From Bryobacteraceae bacterium (GTDB taxonomy: Bacteria; Acidobacteriota; Terriglobia; Bryobacterales; Bryobacteraceae), in the NCBI GenBank assembly GCA_025056865.1, contig JANWVO010000038.1, positions 175,587 to 239,586 on the forward strand: 64,000 nt of DNA. Direction: 5' to 3'. The notes under the pieces were generated by a model that ran no database searches, had not been told where the DNA came from, and saw only the letters and a program-made list of their open reading frames with translations. The translations under genes were made by a program, and so were the position numbers. The stretch's first letter is position 1. Every line of letters starts with the position of its first letter. This document shows positions 8,427 to 15,742 of the stretch, one piece after another.

Positions 8427-11224
8427 AGCGTTTTCAGAAACTCGATCAGGTCGTTGAGCTGATCCTTGGTCATGTCGTTGGTGACCCCGTGCTTGTCGTA
8501 CGGGTTGTACACGGTCCAGATCTCTTCGAGCGTTTTCGCCATCCCGTTGTGCAGGTAGGGCGCGGAATCGTAGATGTTGTTCAGGTGCGGGACATCGAAC
8601 AGCCCGGTGCGGTCGAGCGCCTGTCGGGTGCCGACATCAAAGCGGCGGCGGTTGGTGTAGTAGGGCGCCGGGTGGCAGAAGTAGCAGCGGCCTTCGGGCG
8701 GGATGAGCCTTCCGTCGTTGGTGTGCGTGCGGTAAAAAAGATCTTTGCCGCGGCGCTGCGCCGGCGTGTAGCGCGTGCCGGGCGTGTAGTAGCGGTTGGG
8801 CGGGCGGCGGATGGTGCTGATGTAGTAATCGACGGCGTCCAGCTCTTCGGGCGTGAACGGCAGGTTGCGGGTGAAGAAGACCGAGAGCCGCGCGCCGCAC
8901 TGCCGCTTGAGCGAGGGGTTGGTGCCCTCCCACTTGAACGGCGCGGTGTCGCCGATGCCGCGCAGCGTGCGGTTGTCCACCGGAGAGACGCCGATGCCGT
9001 CCGGCTCGATGTCATACGTAATGCCGTCCACATGGCCGTCGGGATGGCAGGAGTGGCAGGAGTACTGGTAGCGGAAGGTGATCTTCGCGTTGTGGAACAG
9101 TTTCTCGCCCCAGCGCTGCCTGGTGATCTCCTTCGGACCGTTCAGGGAGATCTTGCCGGCCATTTCCAGAGTGGCCAGGTCGATGACGCCGATGGAGTCA
9201 TCGAGGCAGTTGGCGACGTAGGCGCGGCGGCCGTCGGGCGAGATGGCAAGACCGCGGGGGCTGTCTGCGGTCTCGAGGGTCTTGACCAGGAACTCGGCGG
9301 CCTTGCCCAGATGGTTGGGCAGCACGTGCTGCCGCTCGTGGTCGGAAGCGCCCGTGAGCAGCCGTTCCAGGCGCGCCAGGTCGACCACCGCGATGCGGTT
9401 GGTTCCTGAGCTCGTGACCAGCGCGTAGCGGTTGTCCGGCGTGATGCGGACGTCGGTGGCGTCGGCGAAGCCGAGGCCCGGCTGATCCAGCAGCACCTGA
9501 TCGGTGCGCCCGTCGGGCCAGATGATGGCGATGCCGTTGGTGATGGTCCAGCCCTGCAACAGGCGCGTCATCGGCACCAGGTTCTTGGTCCGGTTCATGG
9601 TGGCGATGGCGAAGCGGCCGTCGCGGCGCCAGTCGATGCCCATCATGAGGTTGGTGCCATCGATAAGCCAGCGGTCGCGCACGCGCGCCGTCCGGGCGTC
9701 GATGACCGTCAGCTCGCTCGCCAGCGGCTTGCGGAAGCCGGTGAGGTTGGAATACATGCTGGTGACGAAGATGGTGGCGCCGTCCGGGGCGAGCGCAGCC
9801 TCCCAGGGGCCGCGGCCGGCGGCGAGCTTCTTTTCGAAGGCGAGCGTGCGGGCGTGGAAGACGTGGATGTCCTCCGAGGACGTGTTCAGCACGAGCACGT
9901 GTTCATCGCCCGGCGTGACGATGACGCCGTGGGGCTCGTCGCCGACGCGGAGCGTGTCCACCACCTTGCGGGCGGCGGCGTCGATGACGGTGACGGTGTC
10001 GTCCTCGCGGTTGGTGACGAAGGCGCGGCGGCCGTCGCTTGTGAAGGCGATGCCCGTAGGCTCGCCGCCGGTGCGGATCTCGGCCAGCACCCGCCTTGTG
10101 CGCGTGTCGACGACGGCGACGGCATCGGCGGCGGCCAGCGTCGCCCAGAGCTCGCCCGTGCCGGGACGGAAGGCGAGCCGCAGCGGGTTCTTGTAGCGGA
10201 CCTCCGCTTTCCGCTCGGGCAGTTTCGTCGGGTGCGCGATCAGCTTCCAGGCTTCGGCCGCGTTGAACGTCCGGCCGTGAGCGGGGTTGTGGCAGCTCAT
10301 GCAGTCGGCCAGCGAGCCGCGCTTCAGGCCGGCGGCGCGCGCCGCCTCGGGGTCGCGCATGATCGCGTCGGTGGCATAGTTCTTTCCCGGGCCGTGGCAG
10401 GCCTCGCAGCCGACGCCTTCTTCGGTGCGGCCGCCGACGGCGTGGCAGCGGAGGCAGGCCGGGCTGTGCTGGGGATCGCCCTCCACTTTCATCTCGCGCG
10501 CCAGCTCGGCGGCGCGCGGCGTGGCCAGCACCGCCCAGGCGCGCGCATGCGGGCTGCGCCGCCAGACGTCGTACTGATGGCCGTGATCGAGGCCGTTGTG
10601 GCAGGAGCCGCAGGCCGCGGATCCGATCACGCCGGGCGCGTCCGCTTCGCGGATGGCGCCCACGCGGGACGGCTTCGGCAGCGGATGCGCGATCTGCTTC
10701 CATGCCTCGTCGATGTTGACCGTGGGGTTCTTCAGCACGGCGATATGCGAGCCCTTCTCGAGATGGCAGACGAGGCAGTCATCGCGGGTGGGCATGCGCA
10801 GGCCGGCCGCCATCGCCGCCTTGCGGTCGCGCATCACCGCTTCGGTGGCATACTCGCTGCCCGGCCCGTGGCAGGCTTCGCATTGCAGGCCATCTTCGCG
10901 GCGGAACGTTTCGGGATCCATCTCGCGTTCGTCGGCGCCGAACGCGGTGGAATGGCATCCGAGGCAGATGGCGGCCTTCCAGGGCTCTTCGCGCAGGCCG
11001 CTGATGCGCGCGATTTCCCAGGATTCCGGCCGCGACAGCGCCGCATACGCCTGGGCGTGCTTCGACAGCAGCCACCTACTGTACTGGTGGCCCATGCCGG
11101 GGCCGTTGTGGCAGGTGGCGCATACGCGCGAGCCGACGTAAACAGGCTTCGGCGGCGCCCCGCGGGAGATGAAGACGAGCGGCGCCAGCGCGGCCGCCGC
11201 CATGATCCATGCGACCCTTCTCAC
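8423..11224 (-). CDS. Multiheme cytochrome c (8 CxxCH, c554-like) fused to a YVTN beta-propeller and a di-heme cytochrome c peroxidase/MauG-like domain
   Basis: Lower part of ORF 8423..11776; the upper part overlaps the preceding gene. Proposed start is the GTG at 11224 (GTGA overlap), giving MRRVAWIMAAAALAPLVFI, a signal peptide. The alternative is the ATG at 11203. Ten CxxCH motifs: CATCH, CLGCH, CEACH, CLVCH, CGSCH, CLRCH, CEACH, CMSCH, CHSCH, CYFCH. YVTN-like repeats include TGIAFTSDGRRAFVTNREDDTVTVID. The C-terminus (PHLNNIYDSAPYLHNGMAKTLEE) is typical of the CCP/MauG family. Confidence 0.85.
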   Translation of the reverse strand: MRRVAWIMAAAALAPLVFISRGAPPKPVYVGSRVCATCHNGPGMGHQYSRWLLSKHAQAYAALSRPESWEIARISGLREEPWKAAICLGCHSTAFGADEREMDPETFRREDGLQCEACHGPGSEYATEAVMRDRKAAMAAGLRMPTRDDCLVCHLEKGSHIAVLKNPTVNIDEAWKQIAHPLPKPSRVGAIREADAPGVIGSAACGSCHNGLDHGHQYDVWRRSPHARAWAVLATPRAAELAREMKVEGDPQHSPACLRCHAVGGRTEEGVGCEACHGPGKNYATDAIMRDPEAARAAGLKRGSLADCMSCHNPAHGRTFNAAEAWKLIAHPTKLPERKAEVRYKNPLRLAFRPGTGELWATLAAADAVAVVDTRTRRVLAEIRTGGEPTGIAFTSDGRRAFVTNREDDTVTVIDAAARKVVDTLRVGDEPHGVIVTPGDEHVLVLNTSSEDIHVFHARTLAFEKKLAAGRGPWEAALAPDGATIFVTSMYSNLTGFRKPLASELTVIDARTARVRDRWLIDGTNLMMGIDWRRDGRFAIATMNRTKNLVPMTRLLQGWTITNGIAIIWPDGRTDQVLLDQPGLGFADATDVRITPDNRYALVTSSGTNRIAVVDLARLERLLTGASDHERQHVLPNHLGKAAEFLVKTLETADSPRGLAISPDGRRAYVANCLDDSIGVIDLATLEMAGKISLNGPKEITRQRWGEKLFHNAKITFRYQYSCHSCHPDGHVDGITYDIEPDGIGVSPVDNRTLRGIGDTAPFKWEGTNPSLKRQCGARLSVFFTRNLPFTPEELDAVDYYISTIRRPPNRYYTPGTRYTPAQRRGKDLFYRTHTNDGRLIPPEGRCYFCHPAPYYTNRRRFDVGTRQALDRTGLFDVPHLNNIYDSAPYLHNGMAKTLEEIWTVYNPYDKHGVTNDMTKDQLNDLIEFLKTL

Positions 11225-12873
11225 TGCGCCTTCCTCCGCGCTTCCGCCTTGTGGCGGAGCCTGAGAACCTGATTGGCCCGCACTCCGGCGAGCTTTTCCA
11301 CCACGCCGTCCGGCCAGCGGATCTCGACGTCGCACACCGTGGCTCCGCCCAGCCCGAAATGGAGCCGCGGATCGCCCTGCCCGAGATAACCGCGGACCGG
11401 GTTGACATCCTCCACCATGCGCAGCCCGTTGGCCGCCACCGTCACGCGCGCGCCCACCGCCGTGCGCGAGCCGGTGGGGAAGTCCAGGCGCGCATCCACC
11501 ATCAGCCAGGGACGCGCGTTGCCGCCGTCGTTGCGCAGCAGCACCGGCGCGTCGTTGAGGTTGACTACCAGCAGGTCGATGTCGCCATCGTTGTCCATGT
11601 CGGCCCAGGCGGCGCCGCGGCCGACGCGCTTGGTTTCGAAGTAAGGCCCGGCTTCGCGCGAAACGTCTTCGAAGGTGCCGTTCTGCCGGTTGCGGCTGAG
11701 GCTGTCCTCCTGCACGTACTCGTGGTGCGCGTGGCCGTGGACGGTGAACAGGTCCAGCCAGCCGTCGTGATCCCAATCGAACATCACCGAGCCCCAGCCG
11801 GCGTACTGGCCGAGCAGCGGCGCCAGGCCGGCGGCGTCGTTGAGGTTTTCAAAGAAGCCCTTCTTCGGGTTGTAGACGAAGAGCGACACATAGTTGAGGT
11901 TCGGCACGAACAGGTCCAGCCAGCCGTCGCGGTTGACGTCGCCGTAAAACGGGCCCATCGACGCCACGCCCTGGCCGTGCTCGCTGAAGGCCAGCTCGAA
12001 CTCGAGGCCCTTCTCCGAGAACGTGCCGTCGCCGTTGTTGAGGAAGAAGTAATTCTCCATCGCGTCGTTCGACGTGAACACGTCCATGCGGCCGTCGTTG
12101 TTGAAGTCGGCGGCGGTAACGCTCATGGCGCGCCCGCCCGGCCTCCACATGCCGGCCTCTTTGGTGACATCGGTGAAGGTGCCGTCGCCGTTGTTGCGGT
12201 AAAGGATGCTGGGCAGGCCCTGGTAGCTGAGCGGGCCCGGGTAGCCCTGCGCCGGGTAGAAGTCGCGGAACTTGCCGTCGTCGTACAGCAGATAATTGGC
12301 GACGTAGACGTCCAGCCAGCCGTCGTTGTTGTAGTCGAACCACACGGCATGGAGCGACCAGCGGGCGTCATCGAGGCCGGACTGCTTCGAGACGTCGGTG
12401 AAGGTGCCGTCGCCGTTGTTGCGGTAAAGGATGTTCGGCCCGTAGTTGAGCACGTACAGGTCGACGTCGCCGTCGTTGTCGTAGTCGGCGGCGGAGCAGC
12501 CGGAGCCGTAGACCTTGCTGGCCACGCCGGCCTTTTCGGTCACGTCCTCGAACTTCCCGCCGCCGAGGTTGCGGTAGAGGCGGTTGGAGAGCCTGCCGCG
12601 GAGATCGCGCCCGTCGTTGTCGCTGACGCCTTTGGTCCAGACGCCGGTGACGAAGTAGATGTCCTGAAGCCCGTCGTTGTCGAAATCGAAGAAGCAGGCG
12701 CCGGCTCCCGTGCCTTCGACGATGTTGTCCAGCTTGTGGTCGCCGATGCTGTGGCGGAAGCGGATGCCCGCCGCTTCAGTAATGTCGCTGAACACAGGCC
12801 CGCGCGGCGGAGCCGAAGCGGCCGCCGCCAGCGCCGCCGCCAGCACGGCAGCGTGTCCCACGAGCGCTCTCAT
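11221..12873 (-). CDS. CRTAC1-family protein: FG-GAP/VCBS repeats with C-terminal ASPIC/UnbV domain
   Basis: 550-aa ORF with a signal peptide. It has multiple D.DNDG..D repeats (FDFDNDGLQDIY, ADYDNDGDVDLY, FDYNNDGWLDVY, ADFNNDGRMDVF, DVNRDGWLDLF, DWDHDGWLDLF, DMDNDGDIDLL). The C-terminal GARVTV...RGYLGQGDPRLHFGLG is typical of UnbV_ASPIC. Confidence 0.88.
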   Translation of the reverse strand: MRALVGHAAVLAAALAAAASAPPRGPVFSDITEAAGIRFRHSIGDHKLDNIVEGTGAGACFFDFDNDGLQDIYFVTGVWTKGVSDNDGRDLRGRLSNRLYRNLGGGKFEDVTEKAGVASKVYGSGCSAADYDNDGDVDLYVLNYGPNILYRNNGDGTFTDVSKQSGLDDARWSLHAVWFDYNNDGWLDVYVANYLLYDDGKFRDFYPAQGYPGPLSYQGLPSILYRNNGDGTFTDVTKEAGMWRPGGRAMSVTAADFNNDGRMDVFTSNDAMENYFFLNNGDGTFSEKGLEFELAFSEHGQGVASMGPFYGDVNRDGWLDLFVPNLNYVSLFVYNPKKGFFENLNDAAGLAPLLGQYAGWGSVMFDWDHDGWLDLFTVHGHAHHEYVQEDSLSRNRQNGTFEDVSREAGPYFETKRVGRGAAWADMDNDGDIDLLVVNLNDAPVLLRNDGGNARPWLMVDARLDFPTGSRTAVGARVTVAANGLRMVEDVNPVRGYLGQGDPRLHFGLGGATVCDVEIRWPDGVVEKLAGVRANQVLRLRHKAEARRKAQ

Positions 12874-14204
12874 TTCGAACCTCCGTTGGATATCCAGGCC
12901 GGAGCGGTCAGCTTCACCGGCTTGCGGATCAGCGCCTTCGCCTCGCGGTTCTCCGGCGTCAGCTCGGGATCCTCATGGCAGCCGATGCAGCCGCGGTTCT
13001 CCTTTGGCCGGGTATACATCCAGGCCGAAGTCCGCACGGCGCGGCCCGCCGCGTCCGCAAGCTCCAGCTTCAGCGGCGTGTTGGGGGGCACCTCCAGGTG
13101 GAAGGAGCCGTCGTCCTCGATGCGCAGGTCTCCGATCTTGCGGGGGTTGTCGAACGGAGCCGTGTACACGCGCAGCCGCCATGCCTGGCCCGGACGGATC
13201 CGCTCCGGCTGATCGGTGGTGAAGACGCTGAGGCAGTAGAGCCGGCTCCAGCCGGCGCCTTCCTCCACCACGGATCCGCGGCCTTCCGGCTCGGGGCGGG
13301 CGATTACCGGCCGCGCCTGCCGCAGGTCCGACCCGGGTTTCACATAAACGGGAACTTTTGTTTTATTCGCGGGATGGAAACGGTAGATGCCCGCCGGCGT
13401 CCGGGCATCCGGCTGCCAGCTCACCAGCAGGCGCCCGCCGGGCAGCCCCGCCGGCGTGGAAAAGATGCCGTCGGAGGGGCGCGTCAGCTCGCGGCGCGTG
13501 CGCAGCGGGCGGATGAGATCCACGCTGGCCAGCACGCCCTCGCCGTCGACGAAGACGAGCCTGCCGTCCATCGTCACCGCAGGCTCGCGGAGCTTCTCGC
13601 CGGGCAGATAGAGCGAATAGTCCGTGCCGTCCAGGTTCACGGCCATGATCTGCGAACGCCCGCCCTGCCGGGAGGCGAACACCATCATGCCGTCGGGCAG
13701 CATGGTGGCGTCGGACTCCTGCCACGGCGTGAAAGTGATGCGCTGCCGCAGCGTGCCGTCGAATTTCACCGTGTGCAGCGCTCCGCCGCAGAAGAAGGCC
13801 GCCTGCGGCCAGGGATCGGGAATGTCCAGGCTGAAGATCTTCGACTGGTAAGCGGGCCGGCGGCAGTCGCTGGCCATCTTCGTCAACTGCCGGACGGCGC
13901 CGGTGGCGAGCGTCATCTCGTAGATCTGCCACGGCTCCGCAGCGGTCTTCTTTCCGGCGAACAGGATCCGCTTCGCATCCCAGGAAACATCGGGATCAGC
14001 GGCGGCGAAGAAGCCCTGGCTGAGAAGGCGGACGGCGCCGGAAGCCTCCAGCAGCAGGAGGCGCGGCTGGCCGCCGGGCGGGGTCTCGGTGAACACAATC
14101 GGGTGGCGTCCGCCGCCAGACGGCGCGGGCGCGCCCGCCACGGCCGGTGCGAGCACGGAGAGAGCGAGAATACAGGACCGGAAAATCCTCTTTAAGACCC
14201 GCAC
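12870..14204 (-). CDS. PD40/TolB-like beta-propeller protein with a C-terminal single heme c-binding motif
   Basis: 444-aa ORF, GTG start, signal peptide (MRVLKRIFRSCILALSVLAPAVAGA). PD40-like blades (DPDVSWDAKRILFAGKK...WQIYEMTLATG; MLPDGMMVFASRQ...SQIMAVNLDG). The C-terminal beta-sandwich-like segment ends in RPKENRGCIGCHEDPE. Confidence 0.7.
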   Translation of the reverse strand: MRVLKRIFRSCILALSVLAPAVAGAPAPSGGGRHPIVFTETPPGGQPRLLLLEASGAVRLLSQGFFAAADPDVSWDAKRILFAGKKTAAEPWQIYEMTLATGAVRQLTKMASDCRRPAYQSKIFSLDIPDPWPQAAFFCGGALHTVKFDGTLRQRITFTPWQESDATMLPDGMMVFASRQGGRSQIMAVNLDGTDYSLYLPGEKLREPAVTMDGRLVFVDGEGVLASVDLIRPLRTRRELTRPSDGIFSTPAGLPGGRLLVSWQPDARTPAGIYRFHPANKTKVPVYVKPGSDLRQARPVIARPEPEGRGSVVEEGAGWSRLYCLSVFTTDQPERIRPGQAWRLRVYTAPFDNPRKIGDLRIEDDGSFHLEVPPNTPLKLELADAAGRAVRTSAWMYTRPKENRGCIGCHEDPELTPENREAKALIRKPVKLTAPAWISNGGSK

Positions 14205-14291
14205 TGAAGTCAGTCTATGGGCAACCCGGTCCGGATGCCAATCCGCGCAGGATATTACTGGGAACCGATTAGAAAAAACTGCGCAACCCGG

Positions 14292-14475
14292 TCAGCAGGC
14301 CCCGCACTCCCTCAGCGTGCGGCTTCCCCGTGGGTCGCGGGTCCGGCCAAGGATCAGCATGAGCCGGATGCCCGCCCTGGCGGCGTGGAGCGAGTCGGCG
14401 AACAGGACGCCGCGCTGGCGGAGGCCGCGGCCGCTTCCTTCAACGCCGGAGAGATCGGGCGGGCGGCCAATGGCG
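14292..14475 (-). pseudogene. Duplicated, diverged 3' fragment of the adjacent L-asparaginase gene
   Basis: About 184 nt align without gaps to 14482-14665 (the real 3' end) at roughly 80-85 percent identity by my hand count. The fragment translates to ...GSGRGLRQRGVLFADSLHAARAGIRLMLILGRTRDPRGSRTLRECGAC*, versus the real ...GSGHDLRQRGVLFAGTLNAAKARIRLMLILGRTSDPREIRTLMECGAY*. I found no start codon at its upstream end. Confidence 0.7.
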
Positions 14476-14481
14476 TAGGGT

Positions 14482-15465
14482 TCAGTATGCTCCGCACTCC
14501 ATCAGCGTGCGGATCTCCCTCGGGTCGCTGGTGCGGCCAAGGATCAGCATGAGCCGGATGCGCGCCTTGGCGGCATTGAGCGTGCCGGCAAACAGGACGC
14601 CGCGCTGGCGGAGATCGTGGCCGCTTCCTTCGTAGCCGTAGATATCGAGCACGCGGCCGTGGGCGCAGCGCGTGGCGATGACGACGGGGATGCCCGCATC
14701 CAGGGCGCGCTGAATGGCGGGCACGGCCTGCGGGGTGACGTTGCCGCGGCCGGTGCCCTCCACGACGATGCCGCGGGCGCCGCTTTCCCGCGCGAAGTCG
14801 ATGAAACGGCCGTCGGCGCCGGCGCACATCGTCACCAGGTCGACCCGCGGCTCCAGGCGCGGGGCGTCGATCACGATGCGGTCCACCAGGCGGCGGCCGA
14901 AGATCACGCGGTCCACGTCCACCAGCCCCAGCGGACCGAACACGGGGCTTTGGAAGGTCTCCAGTTGCTGCGTGTCCGTCTTGGTGGCTTCGCTGGCGGC
15001 GTGGATCATCTGGTTCAGCACGACGAACACGCCCTGGCCGCGTGCCTGCGGACTCAGCACCGTGCGGATGGCCGCCGAGAGATTCGCCGGGCCGTCAAAG
15101 CCCGGCTCGTTCACCGTGCGCATCGCGCCCACCACCGCCACCGGCTTCGGCGACGTGTGGCGCAGGTCCAGCAGGTAGGCCGTTTCCTCCAGCGTGTCCG
15201 TGCCGTGGGTGACCACTGCGCCCGTAATGTCCTTGCGCCCGATCTCCCGGCGCAGGATCTCGCTGACCTCCCACATCCGTTCCAGGGTCATGTGGGGGCC
15301 GGGATAGCGGCCGTATTCGAAGACTTCGAGATCGGCGAGCTGCTGGAGGGCGGGGTCGTGCTCGAGCAGCTCCCGCGCGCCCAGCGCAGGAACCGCAGCG
15401 CCGACCTGCGGATCGAACCGCATGCCGATGGTTCCGCCGGTAAACAGGATAAGCACGCGCGCCAT
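14482..15465 (-). CDS. ansA: L-asparaginase (type I/archaeal-bacterial family)
   Basis: ORF 14482..15549. I prefer the ATG at 15465, preceded by GGGAG. MARVLILFTGGTIGM and VTHGTDTLEETAY are the two asparaginase signature regions. Confidence 0.9.
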   Translation of the reverse strand: MARVLILFTGGTIGMRFDPQVGAAVPALGARELLEHDPALQQLADLEVFEYGRYPGPHMTLERMWEVSEILRREIGRKDITGAVVTHGTDTLEETAYLLDLRHTSPKPVAVVGAMRTVNEPGFDGPANLSAAIRTVLSPQARGQGVFVVLNQMIHAASEATKTDTQQLETFQSPVFGPLGLVDVDRVIFGRRLVDRIVIDAPRLEPRVDLVTMCAGADGRFIDFARESGARGIVVEGTGRGNVTPQAVPAIQRALDAGIPVVIATRCAHGRVLDIYGYEGSGHDLRQRGVLFAGTLNAAKARIRLMLILGRTSDPREIRTLMECGAY

Positions 15466-15742
15466 GGCAACTCCCATTGTGCTCCCGATCGCAGCCGGGC
15501 GGATGGGGCCGCGCACCTCCGCCAGCCGGCGTCTGCGTATCGGCGCCATAAAAAATATCGATTTGTATTCTTTAGCTAGGCGGGAGCATACTTAAGCCTG
15601 AATCTGGAGCATCCCCCGCCAGCGCGGGACTGCGCAGTCCTGTCACACTGTCCCGCTCCCTCCGGATTCGTGCCTGGCCCGGCAGCAGTGTCGCATCGCC
15701 GGCGGGCGTGGAACCTGACCCGCAACAACCAGGAGTAAACCG

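Noticed and set aside
11225-11776. N-terminal 184-codon extension of the multiheme ORF
   Set aside because: It overlaps the 3' end of the FG-GAP/UnbV gene in another frame and is Arg/Gly/Ala-rich. The signal peptide and a GTGA start-stop overlap sit at 11224, so the real start is there or at the ATG at 11203.
14252-14257. TAATAT -10-like hexamer (minus strand) about 45 nt upstream of the first gene of the heme/propeller operon, preceded by a T-run after the asparagine fragment
   Set aside because: There is no convincing -35 at 16-19 nt spacing. It is plausible as a promoter, but the sequence alone does not support calling it a feature.
14220-14293. 11-nt direct repeat GCAACCCGGTC at 14220-14230 and 14283-14293, flanking the spacer next to the asparaginase fragment
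   Set aside because: It could be a duplication or insertion scar. An 11-mer repeated once in GC-rich DNA is weak evidence, and I cannot compute its expectation. I kept it only as a note to the duplication finding.
15674-15696. TGGCCC...GC sigma-54-like element upstream of the porin gene
   Set aside because: The -12 element does not match TTGC at the required GG-N10-GC spacing when counted base by base.
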